This document shows, in pieces, positions 36,227 through 45,439 of a stretch of DNA of 64,000 bases. Under the pieces are notes generated by a model. The model had not been told where the DNA came from. It saw only the letters and a program-made list of their open reading frames with translations, and made no database searches. The DNA is from an uncultured Candidatus Saccharibacteria bacterium (GTDB taxonomy: Bacteria > Patescibacteriota > Minisyncoccia > UBA6257 > GWB1-50-10), in NCBI GenBank assembly GCA_964356375.1, contig CAYHGT010000001.1, positions 9,221 through 73,220 on the forward strand, written 5' to 3'. The translations under genes and the position numbers were made by a program. Each line of letters begins with the position of its first letter. The first letter of the stretch is position 1.

Positions 36227-37864
36227 ATGGCAAAACAAATTTTATTTAATGAGGAGGCGCGCGTCGCAATGAAAAAGGGTATTGATAAGCTTGCGCAGGC
36301 AGTCAAAATGACACTCGGTCCTCGCGGAAGAGCGGTGGTTATTGAAAAAGGATATGGAGCGCCACAAGTTACATTTGATGGTGTGACGGTTGCAAAAGAG
36401 ATTGAGCTTGAAGACAAGTATGAAAATCTTGGCGCGGAATTTATCAAGCAGGCCGCGGACAAGACAAACGACAATGTGGGTGATGGCACGACGACGTCGG
36501 TCGTGTTGGCGCACGCAATGATTGAAGAGGGCGAAAAAGCAATTCGCGAAAAAGGATTCAATGTCATTAGCCTTGCCGAAGAATTGAGGAGGGGTAGTGA
36601 GGAGGTTATCAGGGCACTTGAATCACAAAAAGAAGAAATTGATGACAATAAGAAAATTCGCGAAGTAGCCACACTTTCTGCGAAGGACGCCGAGATAGGC
36701 GTACTTATTGCTGAGGTAATGGATAAGGTTGGGCGCGAGGGCGTGGTCACCGTTGAGGATTCAAATACCGTGGGTAATTCGTACGAGCTTGTGGAGGGTA
36801 TGCAGTTCAATAACGGCTACATCTCGCAGTATATGGTGACGAATCAGGAACGCATGGAGGCGTCGCTTGATGAGCCGTATGTGCTCATAACTGATAAGAA
36901 AATCTCCTCAATTCAAGAAATTTTGCCTGTGTTGGAAAAGATTGTGGCGAGCGGAAAGAAGGAGCTCGTAATTATTGCTGAAGAAATTGATGGCGAGGCG
37001 CTTGCGACGCTTGTGGTGAATAAGATTCGCGGAATTTTCAATGTGCTTGGCGTAAAGGCCCCTGGGTATGGCGATCGCAAGAAGGAGATGTTGCAAGATA
37101 TCGCGGTCGTGACAGGCGCATCGCTTATTACCGAGAGCTTGGGTAGGAAATTTGAGAGCATTGAGCTTTCAGATTTGGGTCACGCACATCGCGTGGTGTC
37201 GGGTAAAGATAAAACGACAATCGTGGGTGGTTCGGGTGATAAGAAAGCGATTGATGAGCGGGTAAAACAACTGAAGGCCCAGCTCAAGAATGTAGAGACG
37301 GATTATGATAAGGAAAAATTGCAGGAACGCCTCGGCAAACTTGCGGGTGGCGTTGCGGTAATTAAAGTTGGCGCGCCTACTGAGTCAGCTCAGAAAGAAT
37401 TAAAACAGCGTGTGGATGACGCAGTATTTGCGACCAAAGCAGCAATGGAAGAGGGTATTATTCCTGGTGGAGGCATCGCGCTCTTTAATGTGTTTTCGCT
37501 TATCGTGAAACCAGGAAAACATCCGAGTCCGGCGGCCGAGGCGGCATATACGATTTTGAAAGTTGCAACAGAAGCACCACTTATTGCAATCGTCACGAAT
37601 AGTGGTGAGAATTCGGAAAAAGTTCTTGGCGAGCTTCGCGCGCGTTCCGAGAAAGACGCATGGAAGGGATTTAACGCATTCAAAAACGAGATTGAGGATT
37701 TGAAAGTAGCGGGTATTATTGACCCTCTGAAGGTCTCAAAGACCGCATTTATGAATGCCATTTCGGTAGCGGCAAATTATCTTACGATTGGCGCGGCAGT
37801 CACGGACATTCCCGAAAAGAAGGAAAAGATGTCAGGTGGAATGCCCAGAATGGGGGAGTACTAA
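36227..37864 (+). CDS. groEL: Chaperonin GroEL
   Basis: 545 aa, with AVKMTLGPRGR, GDGTTTS and a C-terminal GGM-like tail. Confidence 0.97.
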   Translation: MAKQILFNEEARVAMKKGIDKLAQAVKMTLGPRGRAVVIEKGYGAPQVTFDGVTVAKEIELEDKYENLGAEFIKQAADKTNDNVGDGTTTSVVLAHAMIEEGEKAIREKGFNVISLAEELRRGSEEVIRALESQKEEIDDNKKIREVATLSAKDAEIGVLIAEVMDKVGREGVVTVEDSNTVGNSYELVEGMQFNNGYISQYMVTNQERMEASLDEPYVLITDKKISSIQEILPVLEKIVASGKKELVIIAEEIDGEALATLVVNKIRGIFNVLGVKAPGYGDRKKEMLQDIAVVTGASLITESLGRKFESIELSDLGHAHRVVSGKDKTTIVGGSGDKKAIDERVKQLKAQLKNVETDYDKEKLQERLGKLAGGVAVIKVGAPTESAQKELKQRVDDAVFATKAAMEEGIIPGGGIALFNVFSLIVKPGKHPSPAAEAAYTILKVATEAPLIAIVTNSGENSEKVLGELRARSEKDAWKGFNAFKNEIEDLKVAGIIDPLKVSKTAFMNAISVAANYLTIGAAVTDIPEKKEKMSGGMPRMGEY

Positions 37865-37875
37865 AAAGTAATAAA

Positions 37876-37904
37876 ACACCCAGCCGATGGACGGGGTGTT
37901 TTTG
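37876..37904 (+). terminator. Terminator after groEL
   Basis: ACACCC-(12-nt loop)-GGGTGT followed by TTTTTG. Confidence 0.55.
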
Positions 37905-37951
37905 TATATAATTTGAATTTTTGAGGATTCAGAGGTAAGGTGTAAGGGCAT

Positions 37952-38956
37952 ATGTTTATACGAAAAATTGGCATTGATTTAGGCACCACAAATACGCTTG
38001 TATTCCTGCCCGAAAAGGGCATCGTGATTAATGAGCCAACGGTCGTGGCGCTTCGCAAACCAGACAACACAGTGCTTGCGGTTGGTACAGAAGCAAAAGA
38101 AATGGTTGGTCGCACGCCAGACGACATCGTCACCTACCGACCACTGAAGGATGGTGTGATTGCGGAATATTATATTACACAGGCGATGCTCAAATATTTT
38201 ATTTCAAAGAGCATTGGTTCGTTTAATATTATTCGTCCCGAAGTTGTTATTTCAGTTCCTGCGGGAATTACGTCAACAGAGCATCGTGCGGTTATGAATG
38301 CGGCCAAGGAAGCGGGCGCGAAAGAAGTATATCTCGTGAAGGAACCACTTTTGGCGTCGCTTGGCGCTGGCATTCCGATTCACTCCGCAGAAGGAAACAT
38401 GATTGTAAATATTGGTGGTGGTACGACTGAGGTCGCGGTAATTTCCTTAGGTGGCATCGTCACGTGGTCTAGTTTGCGTGTCGCAGGAAACCGCCTTGAC
38501 AATGCAATAAGCGAATATATCAAGAAAAAATATAACTTGGCGATAGGTGAGAATACCGCAGAAAACATCAAGATTACCATAGGTACCGCGATGCAAAATC
38601 GTAATAAATTGGAGATGAAGATTCGCGGACGCGACCTCCATTCTGGGCTTCCGAAGGATATGATAATCAACTCAAATGAGGTTGCTGAAGCGATTAACGG
38701 CCATTTGGTAGATATTATGAATTCCGTGCAATCCGTCTTCAATGTGACACCTCCGGAACTCGCAGCCGACATTATGGAGAAGGGAATCATCTTGTCTGGT
38801 GGTAGTGCGCAGTTGCGCGACCTGGAGGAATTCTTTAAACGCTCGCTTGGCGTATCTGCATATGTTGCAGAGGAACCACTACTTTGTGTTGCAAAAGGTA
38901 CCGCAACTATTTTGAATCACTTAGACGTCTATAAGAGGACATTGTTAAGACGATAA
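37952..38956 (+). CDS. mreB: Actin-like rod-shape protein MreB
   Basis: [10 protein letters not shown]..., an actin-fold phosphate loop; 334 aa. Confidence 0.9.
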   Translation: MFIRKIGIDLGTTNTLVFLPEKGIVINEPTVVALRKPDNTVLAVGTEAKEMVGRTPDDIVTYRPLKDGVIAEYYITQAMLKYFISKSIGSFNIIRPEVVISVPAGITSTEHRAVMNAAKEAGAKEVYLVKEPLLASLGAGIPIHSAEGNMIVNIGGGTTEVAVISLGGIVTWSSLRVAGNRLDNAISEYIKKKYNLAIGENTAENIKITIGTAMQNRNKLEMKIRGRDLHSGLPKDMIINSNEVAEAINGHLVDIMNSVQSVFNVTPPELAADIMEKGIILSGGSAQLRDLEEFFKRSLGVSAYVAEEPLLCVAKGTATILNHLDVYKRTLLRR

Positions 38957-39720
38957 TGATTGGTCACGAAGCAATACAAAAGGCGTTTGAAAAACTTGTG
39001 CGCGAGCGCGCCTTAGGTCACGCATATCTTTTTTTTGGTGATGCGCAAATAGGAAAAGCATCGTTTGCGGAATGTATAGCATCACTCATTGAGCGCAGCA
39101 TATTTGAGAAATCTTCAGTACAGCTTCTTGATGCCACAACTTTCATTCAGAACGAGAAGGGAAATATTGGCATTGACGAGGTGCGCGATATAAAGCGATT
39201 TTTATGGCAGACGCCGTTTGTATCAACAAAACGTATTGTAATTATTGATGGCGCGGAAGCTCTCACTCCCGAAGCACAGGGGGCAATGCTAAAAATTGTT
39301 GAGGAGCCACCCGTGCACGGACTTATTATTTTTGTGACACATGACCCAAGCGCCATTCTTCCGCCACTTGTTTCGCGATGCGCAAAGATTTATTTTTCAC
39401 GCTTGAGCGCAGAACGAATTGAGGAATATTTGGTTCGTGAGCAGAAGATTCCTGTTGCCCGCGCACATATTATTGCAATAAAATCACACGGAAGAATCGG
39501 ACGAGCACTCCAACTTTTGAATAAGGATAGTGCGCCATCAGAAAATGTATCGGACAAGATTGCATACCGTATCCTAGCGCTTTGGGAAGATGGGGTGTTG
39601 AAGAATAGTGCAAAATTAGCATGGCTTTTGGAGCGGGAGTCGCTTGTGGCTCGCTATAACGTGAATCCGAATATACAGAAGAAAGCAGTTGAATATATCG
39701 CAGGTCGTTCCTATAATTAA
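38956..39720 (+). CDS. holB: DNA polymerase III delta-prime-like clamp-loader subunit
   Basis: ALGHAYLFFGDAQIGKASFAECIASLIE pattern of delta-prime; 254 aa. Confidence 0.6.
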   Translation: MIGHEAIQKAFEKLVRERALGHAYLFFGDAQIGKASFAECIASLIERSIFEKSSVQLLDATTFIQNEKGNIGIDEVRDIKRFLWQTPFVSTKRIVIIDGAEALTPEAQGAMLKIVEEPPVHGLIIFVTHDPSAILPPLVSRCAKIYFSRLSAERIEEYLVREQKIPVARAHIIAIKSHGRIGRALQLLNKDSAPSENVSDKIAYRILALWEDGVLKNSAKLAWLLERESLVARYNVNPNIQKKAVEYIAGRSYN

Positions 39721-39745
39721 GTGGCAATCTATAAATTTTAACGGG

Positions 39746-40294
39746 ATGAATCCATTAGAAGAATTTAAAACAGGCATTGCGGGAGCAATACAGGAACTCA
39801 AAAAAGAAGTGGGTGGCGTTCGCGCAAACCGTCCATCCGCCGTCATTTTGGAAGATATTAAAGTAAATTATTATGGCGAACAAACGCCGATGAAACATCT
39901 TGGTTCCATCTCGGTACAGCCCCCTCGAGAACTTATCATTCAAATTTGGGACGCAAGCGCGGTAGCGCCCGCGGCAAAAGCAATTGAAAGCGCATCGCTC
40001 GGGCTCACGCCGAATACCGAAGGAAATACCATTCGCATTTTTCTTCCAGAGCTAAGCTCGGAGCGCCGCGAGGAGCTTAAAAAATATGTAAAAAAGATTG
40101 CGGAACAATTTCGTATTCAGGTGCGCCAGTTGAGGGATGTTGCGAACAAGCAAATTGAATCGCAGTTTGATGAGGGGGAGCTTGGGGAGGACCAAAAATT
40201 TAAATTAAAGGAGGATGTACAGAAGCACACAGAAACGACAAACAAGGAAATTGAGAAGATGGTAGATGCGAAGATGGTGGAAATTGATGAATAA
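39746..40294 (+). CDS. frr: Ribosome recycling factor
   Basis: The start was chosen at the internal Met (MNPLEEFKTGIAGAIQELKKE...) of the track ORF 39689. The start context AACGGGATGAATCC resembles that of ssb. Confidence 0.85.
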   Translation: MNPLEEFKTGIAGAIQELKKEVGGVRANRPSAVILEDIKVNYYGEQTPMKHLGSISVQPPRELIIQIWDASAVAPAAKAIESASLGLTPNTEGNTIRIFLPELSSERREELKKYVKKIAEQFRIQVRQLRDVANKQIESQFDEGELGEDQKFKLKEDVQKHTETTNKEIEKMVDAKMVEIDE

Positions 40295-40297
40295 TTT

Positions 40298-41386
40298 ATG
40301 ATAACATTCATAGTCATTATCGGTCTTATAGTATTGATTCTTGCTCACGAGTTTGGGCATTTTATTGTCGCAAAAATATTTGGCGTGAAGGTGGAGGAGT
40401 TCGGTATTGGCTTTCCACCGCGCCTTTTTGGCAAACAAATCGGTGAGACGCTCTATAGCGTAAACCTCTTACCTCTTGGTGGGTTCGTGCGCATTAATGG
40501 TGAGGACGAGAAATTAGAAAAAGAAGAACATGAGAAAGATGATACGACCGATTCGTTGGCTACGAAACGGAGTTTTGCGCATCAAGCAATCTGGAAGCGC
40601 ACCATTATTTTAATCGCGGGCGTCACGATGAATATGCTTGTGGGCTGGATTATTTTCTCGGGCATTCTTATGATAGGGAGTCCCACTCATCTCGCCGTTA
40701 CCGAGGTGGCAAAAGATTCGCCAGCATATGTGGTTGGCATAAAACCAAACGATTTTATTATGAGCGCAAAACTTGGTGCGGTCTCGCTTGCCGACCCGAT
40801 TAAAGGAGATGATTTTATTATTGCAATGAAGCAAGTGGCGGGTGAGAAAGTTTCAATTGAGGTCTTGCGCGATGGAAAGACAACGGCGCTTGAAATAAAT
40901 TCACGTGCGAATCCGCCTGCGGGCGAAGGTTCGCTTGGCATCTCGCTTGCTGATGCGGGTGTCGCAAAGCAATCTTTTTTCAAGGCACTTGGGAATGGCT
41001 TTATGGTAGCGGTCACCATATTCTGGCTTACGCTGAAAGGATTCTTCTCGCTTATTGTGAGTATTTTTACAACGCCTGGAACTGCATTCCAGGGTGTTGC
41101 GGGCCCCGTGGGCCTGTTTGGTATTGCGGCACAGACAGGAAAAATGGGGCTTATTTATTTATTCCAACTTGTTGGGCTCATATCCGTAAATCTCGCAGTT
41201 TTGAATCTGATTCCGTTTCCAGCGTTGGACGGTGGAAGGATTTTCTTTCTCCTTATTGAAAAACTGAAAGGCAGTCCAGTATCCTATAAGATACAGAGAG
41301 TAGTGAATGCCGTAGGGTTTGTGGCGCTCATTCTTCTTATGGTTTTTGTAACCATTAATGACGTAGGAAACATAATGCGTAAGTAA
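40298..41386 (+). CDS. rseP: Site-2 protease RseP (M50 family) with a PDZ domain
   Basis: HEFGHFIVAK HExxH in the first TM, a PDZ-like middle region, and a C-terminal LDGG motif. Confidence 0.8.
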   Translation: MITFIVIIGLIVLILAHEFGHFIVAKIFGVKVEEFGIGFPPRLFGKQIGETLYSVNLLPLGGFVRINGEDEKLEKEEHEKDDTTDSLATKRSFAHQAIWKRTIILIAGVTMNMLVGWIIFSGILMIGSPTHLAVTEVAKDSPAYVVGIKPNDFIMSAKLGAVSLADPIKGDDFIIAMKQVAGEKVSIEVLRDGKTTALEINSRANPPAGEGSLGISLADAGVAKQSFFKALGNGFMVAVTIFWLTLKGFFSLIVSIFTTPGTAFQGVAGPVGLFGIAAQTGKMGLIYLFQLVGLISVNLAVLNLIPFPALDGGRIFFLLIEKLKGSPVSYKIQRVVNAVGFVALILLMVFVTINDVGNIMRK

Positions 41387-41390
41387 TTAT

Positions 41391-41460
41391 GAGTCCCGTT
41401 AAAGTTTTATGTCCCTACGGGACATCTCCCGCAGGGAGACAAACTTGTACAACGGGAGTC
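41391..41460 (+). repeat. Structured element: an outer 10-bp near-inverted repeat enclosing the 31-nt double-hairpin unit (ATGTCCC-TAC-GGGACAT + TCTCCC-GCA-GGGAGA)
   Basis: GAGTCCCGTT (41391-41400) / AACGGGAGTC (41451-41460), 9 of 10 pair. The inner unit at 41409-41439 is 30/31 identical to the reverse complement of 53324-53354. Confidence 0.55.
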
Positions 41461-41519
41461 GTAAAAAAACAAGAAATCATAGATAATAAAAATAACAAAC
41501 CAACAAAAACTCTAACTGG

Positions 41520-43223
41520 ATGAAACAATCAAAATATTTTCTAAAAACAAGCAAGACATTTTCCGAGGAGGACAAAATTGTTTCATCAAAATTATTGAAG
41601 CAAGCGGGATTCATTCAGGAGTCCGTTGCGGGCAGATATTATTTTTTGCCGATTGGCCACAAGGTTCAGCAGAAAATCATGAGCGTTATTAAGGAGGAGA
41701 TGGATGCTGTGGGCGCGCAAGAAATGATTGTGCCAACTCTGCATCCCTTGGAATTGTGGAAGGAGACAAATCGCACGCACACAACAGGGTTTGAGCTTAC
41801 GAAGGTAAAAGACAGGCGAGGTTCGGAATTTGCGCTTGGTGGGACGGCCGAAGAAATGTTTGTGGATTTGGTTCGCAAGTATCAGTTGAGCTACAAGGAT
41901 TTGCCGTTTCAGCTGTATCAATTTTCCAATAAATTTCGCGATGAACTTCGTGCGCGTGGAGGTCTTTTGCGCGTGCGCGAATTTATTATGAAGGACGCCT
42001 ACTCATTCCATAGGAACGAAGAGGATTTTAAGCTTATGTACGAACAAATGAAGAAGACGTACTCGCGCATTTTTGAACGAATGGGTGTGCAGACGATTGC
42101 GGTTGAAGCCGACAATGGGTATATTGGCGGGGAATACAGTCACGAATTTATTGTAGAATCCGAAATCGGCGAGAGCAGATACTTTGTGTCTGAGGACGGT
42201 GCGTATGCGGCGAATGAGGATGTCGCAAAATTCAAACGAAATCCCGCAAATGCAAACGAGGAGCAAAAATCATTTGAAATAATTGAACAACCGATGTGGG
42301 TAGAGACGATGGATGATAATGTAAAGCACTACAAGAAAGACGGGGGCAATTTCTTGAAGAACGTTGTCTATAAAAATAGCAGAACGGGAGAAATCATCAT
42401 CGCGGTTGTAACGGGCGATTTGGAAGTCAATAAAACAAAGCTTGAAAACGTATTGAAGGCAGTGGGCCAGCTTGTCCATGCGGAGGATGCGGATCTCACA
42501 GCGCTTGGCACAAAGAGCGGATATGTGCATTGCTGGGGTCACAAAGGTGCGCGCTACATTGGCGATATTGTATTGAAAGATGCTCGCAATTTGATTGGCG
42601 GTCAGAAAGAAGAAAAGACCGATTCTATAAATGTAAATTACGGCCGTGATTTCACGTGTGAGATGCTTGCCGATATTACAATGGCAAAGCCGGGGGACCT
42701 TTCGGAAGTGGGAAGCGCATTGCAAGAAGGACGCGGTATTGAGGTGGGTAATACGTTCCAACTCGGATTCCACTATACGAATCTTATGAAGGGCGCGAAT
42801 TATCGCGATGAGGATGGCGTAGAGAAGCCCTATTATATGGGATGCTATGGCATTGGCGTGGGTCGCACGATGGCAGCGCTTGTTGAGAAGTTTAATGATG
42901 AGAAAGGCATCATCTGGCCGAAAGTCATCGCACCGTTTGACGCACATCTCATTTTGCTTGGTAATATAACACCTGATTTGAAAAATGCAGCAGAAGGGTT
43001 ATATACTTCGCTTAGGAGTAAGGGGATTGATGTGCTCTATGACGATAGGGATGGCCTGTCTGCGGGAGAGAAGTTTTCTGACGCCGACCTTATCGGAATC
43101 CCAGTAAGAATTGTTATAAGCGCAAAAACGCTTGCGGGAGGAAAGTATGAAGTAAAATTGAGAAATGAGAAGGATGCAAATCTGGTAACGGAAGAGGAAC
43201 TACTGAAACTCATTCAAAAATAA
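41520..43223 (+). CDS. proS: Prolyl-tRNA synthetase (class II)
   Basis: 567 aa. Class II motifs and a C-terminal anticodon-binding region. Confidence 0.88.
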   Translation: MKQSKYFLKTSKTFSEEDKIVSSKLLKQAGFIQESVAGRYYFLPIGHKVQQKIMSVIKEEMDAVGAQEMIVPTLHPLELWKETNRTHTTGFELTKVKDRRGSEFALGGTAEEMFVDLVRKYQLSYKDLPFQLYQFSNKFRDELRARGGLLRVREFIMKDAYSFHRNEEDFKLMYEQMKKTYSRIFERMGVQTIAVEADNGYIGGEYSHEFIVESEIGESRYFVSEDGAYAANEDVAKFKRNPANANEEQKSFEIIEQPMWVETMDDNVKHYKKDGGNFLKNVVYKNSRTGEIIIAVVTGDLEVNKTKLENVLKAVGQLVHAEDADLTALGTKSGYVHCWGHKGARYIGDIVLKDARNLIGGQKEEKTDSINVNYGRDFTCEMLADITMAKPGDLSEVGSALQEGRGIEVGNTFQLGFHYTNLMKGANYRDEDGVEKPYYMGCYGIGVGRTMAALVEKFNDEKGIIWPKVIAPFDAHLILLGNITPDLKNAAEGLYTSLRSKGIDVLYDDRDGLSAGEKFSDADLIGIPVRIVISAKTLAGGKYEVKLRNEKDANLVTEEELLKLIQK

Positions 43224-43228
43224 GAACT

Positions 43229-44251
43229 ATGATATTCAAGAAATTTATTGGAATAGATTTGGGAACTGATACTACGCAGATTTATCTGAAAGGAGTGGGT
43301 GTGGTAGTGAACGAGCCAACCATCGTAGCATTCAATAATAGAACGGACCGCGTGGTGGCAGTAGGTTCAGAGGCGAAGAAAATGCTTTCGCGTACACCTT
43401 CACACATCACTGCGATTCGTCCTATCAGCAATGGTGTGATTGCCGATTTTGATATGGTTAAAGAAATGCTCCAACATTTCTTGAAAAATGAGAAGATTCC
43501 ATGGTCCTGGATGACACATACGATTGTGAGTGTTCCTACCAATCTCACTGAGGTGGAGCGCAAATCAGTGGAGGATTTATTGAAGGAAAGCGGGGCAAAT
43601 ACCGTGCATCTTATTGAACAACCGCTTGCCGCGGCGTTTGGAAGTCGGCTTGATATTAATATGCCATCCGCATTTTTGGTGGTTGATATTGGAGCAGGTA
43701 CGACTGACATGGCAATTATTTCTATGAATGGCGTAGTGGTTTCAAATCGCTTAAAGATAGCGGGCGACTTTTTAAATAACGAGATTATTAAGGGCGTGCG
43801 TGATGAGTTGCGCCTACATATTGGAGAACCGACCGCAGAAGAAATTAAAATTGCGGTAGGTTCCGCAATACCGACGGGGGAGCGGTTAGAACTCGTAATT
43901 CGCGGACGCGATGTGGGAAATGGGTTACCGCGCGAGATTACAATACGCGACACACAGGTACGTATGTGGCTTGTGCGTCCTTTGAAGCTAGTCATTGAAG
44001 CATTGAAAGATTTGATTGAGTCCGCACCGCCGGAACTCGTTGGTGATATTTATAAAAACGGAATGTATTTCTGCGGAGGTGGTAGTTTGTTGCGAGGTAT
44101 TGACCAGGTTGCGGAGAAAGAGATTGGGGTCAATGTGCAGATTGTAGAGGATCCGCTTGCGTGCGTTGCGCGCGGTACAGGTCTTATCTGTGAACAGTTT
44201 GAAGAGCACAAACACCTTTTGAATAATTTCTCCCGTTTAAAACTTAACTAG
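43229..44251 (+). CDS. Second MreB-family actin-like paralog
   Basis: IGIDLGTDTT...; 340 aa; immediately upstream of mreC and mreD. Confidence 0.8.
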   Translation: MIFKKFIGIDLGTDTTQIYLKGVGVVVNEPTIVAFNNRTDRVVAVGSEAKKMLSRTPSHITAIRPISNGVIADFDMVKEMLQHFLKNEKIPWSWMTHTIVSVPTNLTEVERKSVEDLLKESGANTVHLIEQPLAAAFGSRLDINMPSAFLVVDIGAGTTDMAIISMNGVVVSNRLKIAGDFLNNEIIKGVRDELRLHIGEPTAEEIKIAVGSAIPTGERLELVIRGRDVGNGLPREITIRDTQVRMWLVRPLKLVIEALKDLIESAPPELVGDIYKNGMYFCGGGSLLRGIDQVAEKEIGVNVQIVEDPLACVARGTGLICEQFEEHKHLLNNFSRLKLN

Positions 44252-44292
44252 TACGCGGTTTTTTGTATTTTTAGCGAATTTCCATTTGTACA

Positions 44293-44982
44293 ATGAAAAC
44301 ACTCAAGGGTTTTTTCAAAGCATTTGTTCTTATTGCAATCTTTGTGGTTATATTTTTTTTCCGCAACGAGGCGACGAGCGCACTCTCTTGTGTCCGTGGT
44401 TTCTTTGTAAGCTTTTTCCACTCGGCTGATTATCGTACATTTGCGGATATGAAGACCGAAAACATTTCTCTCAAAAAGGAACTTGAAAAACTGCGGGTCC
44501 TTGAGGCAAGAGATAAATCGCAATTTTTAGAGGCGCGCGTATATTCGCGCTATCCATTTAGCGACAAAAATATAATTGTGTTGGATAAGGGCACGGCGGA
44601 TGGAGTGACCGAAGGTATGCCAGTTTTGGTAAAGAAAAACATTCTTTTGGGAAAGATAAAAAGTGTTCGCCAATTTCAGAGTGAGGTGGTAACTATTTTT
44701 GACCCTGATTGGAAATCAACCGTGTCCATTGGGAGTAGTCACGTGAAGGCGGTTTTGCGTGGAGCGAACACGTTGCGCGCGGAGCTTATCCCGAAAGATG
44801 CAAATTTGAAATTGGGTGATGAGGTGCAGAATATTGCGCAAGAATTACCAATTGGATTCTTGGTCGGTGTTATACGCGCAACATCAACGGATGATAAAAA
44901 GATCTGGCAACTCGCAACTATTGAGGCGCCATTCTCCGTGGAAGAAATTGACTCAGTGCTTATTATGACTAATTTCAAGTGA
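44293..44982 (+). CDS. mreC: Rod-shape protein MreC
   Basis: N-terminal TM, coiled coil, and beta-rich C-terminal domains (...VLDKGTADGVTEGMPVL...). The gene order (mreB-mreC-mreD-PBP2) supports the call. Confidence 0.7.
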   Translation: MKTLKGFFKAFVLIAIFVVIFFFRNEATSALSCVRGFFVSFFHSADYRTFADMKTENISLKKELEKLRVLEARDKSQFLEARVYSRYPFSDKNIIVLDKGTADGVTEGMPVLVKKNILLGKIKSVRQFQSEVVTIFDPDWKSTVSIGSSHVKAVLRGANTLRAELIPKDANLKLGDEVQNIAQELPIGFLVGVIRATSTDDKKIWQLATIEAPFSVEEIDSVLIMTNFK

Positions 44983-44986
44983 TTCT

Positions 44987-45439
44987 ATGACATTCTTTAA
45001 TAGATTTTTTATATTTTTTCTCCTTGCAACCTTTGCCATTTTTATTGAGCGAAGCGGTTTTTTAAATATTGGCGGGGTGGTGCCAAATCTTTTGCTGATG
45101 CTTTGCATCGCGCTTATCATATCTCATGAACGAATTGGAATGATGGTGGCGCTTTTTTCTGCCGTACTCCTCTCCGCGTTTTTCGTTGATCCATTTTGGA
45201 TGATAGAATTCGGAATTCTCGGAGTTATTGTATTACTTATTACACTCACTAAAAAAAGATTCACGGGAAATAATACAGCCGATATTTTTATTATGGTGCT
45301 TGTTGGCGAACTCCTTTTTTATGGAACCCTCTCACTTATTCACGGTTCAATGGTTTCTTTGCTTACCATTGCATATGAGTTTGCGTATACTGTGGCAATT
45401 GGAATTCCGTTGTGGTTTGTGGGTAAGCGTTATTTATAA
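44987..45439 (+). CDS. mreD: Probable MreD (small polytopic membrane protein)
   Basis: 150 aa with 4-5 TM segments. The call rests on position between mreC and PBP2. Confidence 0.5.
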   Translation: MTFFNRFFIFFLLATFAIFIERSGFLNIGGVVPNLLLMLCIALIISHERIGMMVALFSAVLLSAFFVDPFWMIEFGILGVIVLLITLTKKRFTGNNTADIFIMVLVGELLFYGTLSLIHGSMVSLLTIAYEFAYTVAIGIPLWFVGKRYL

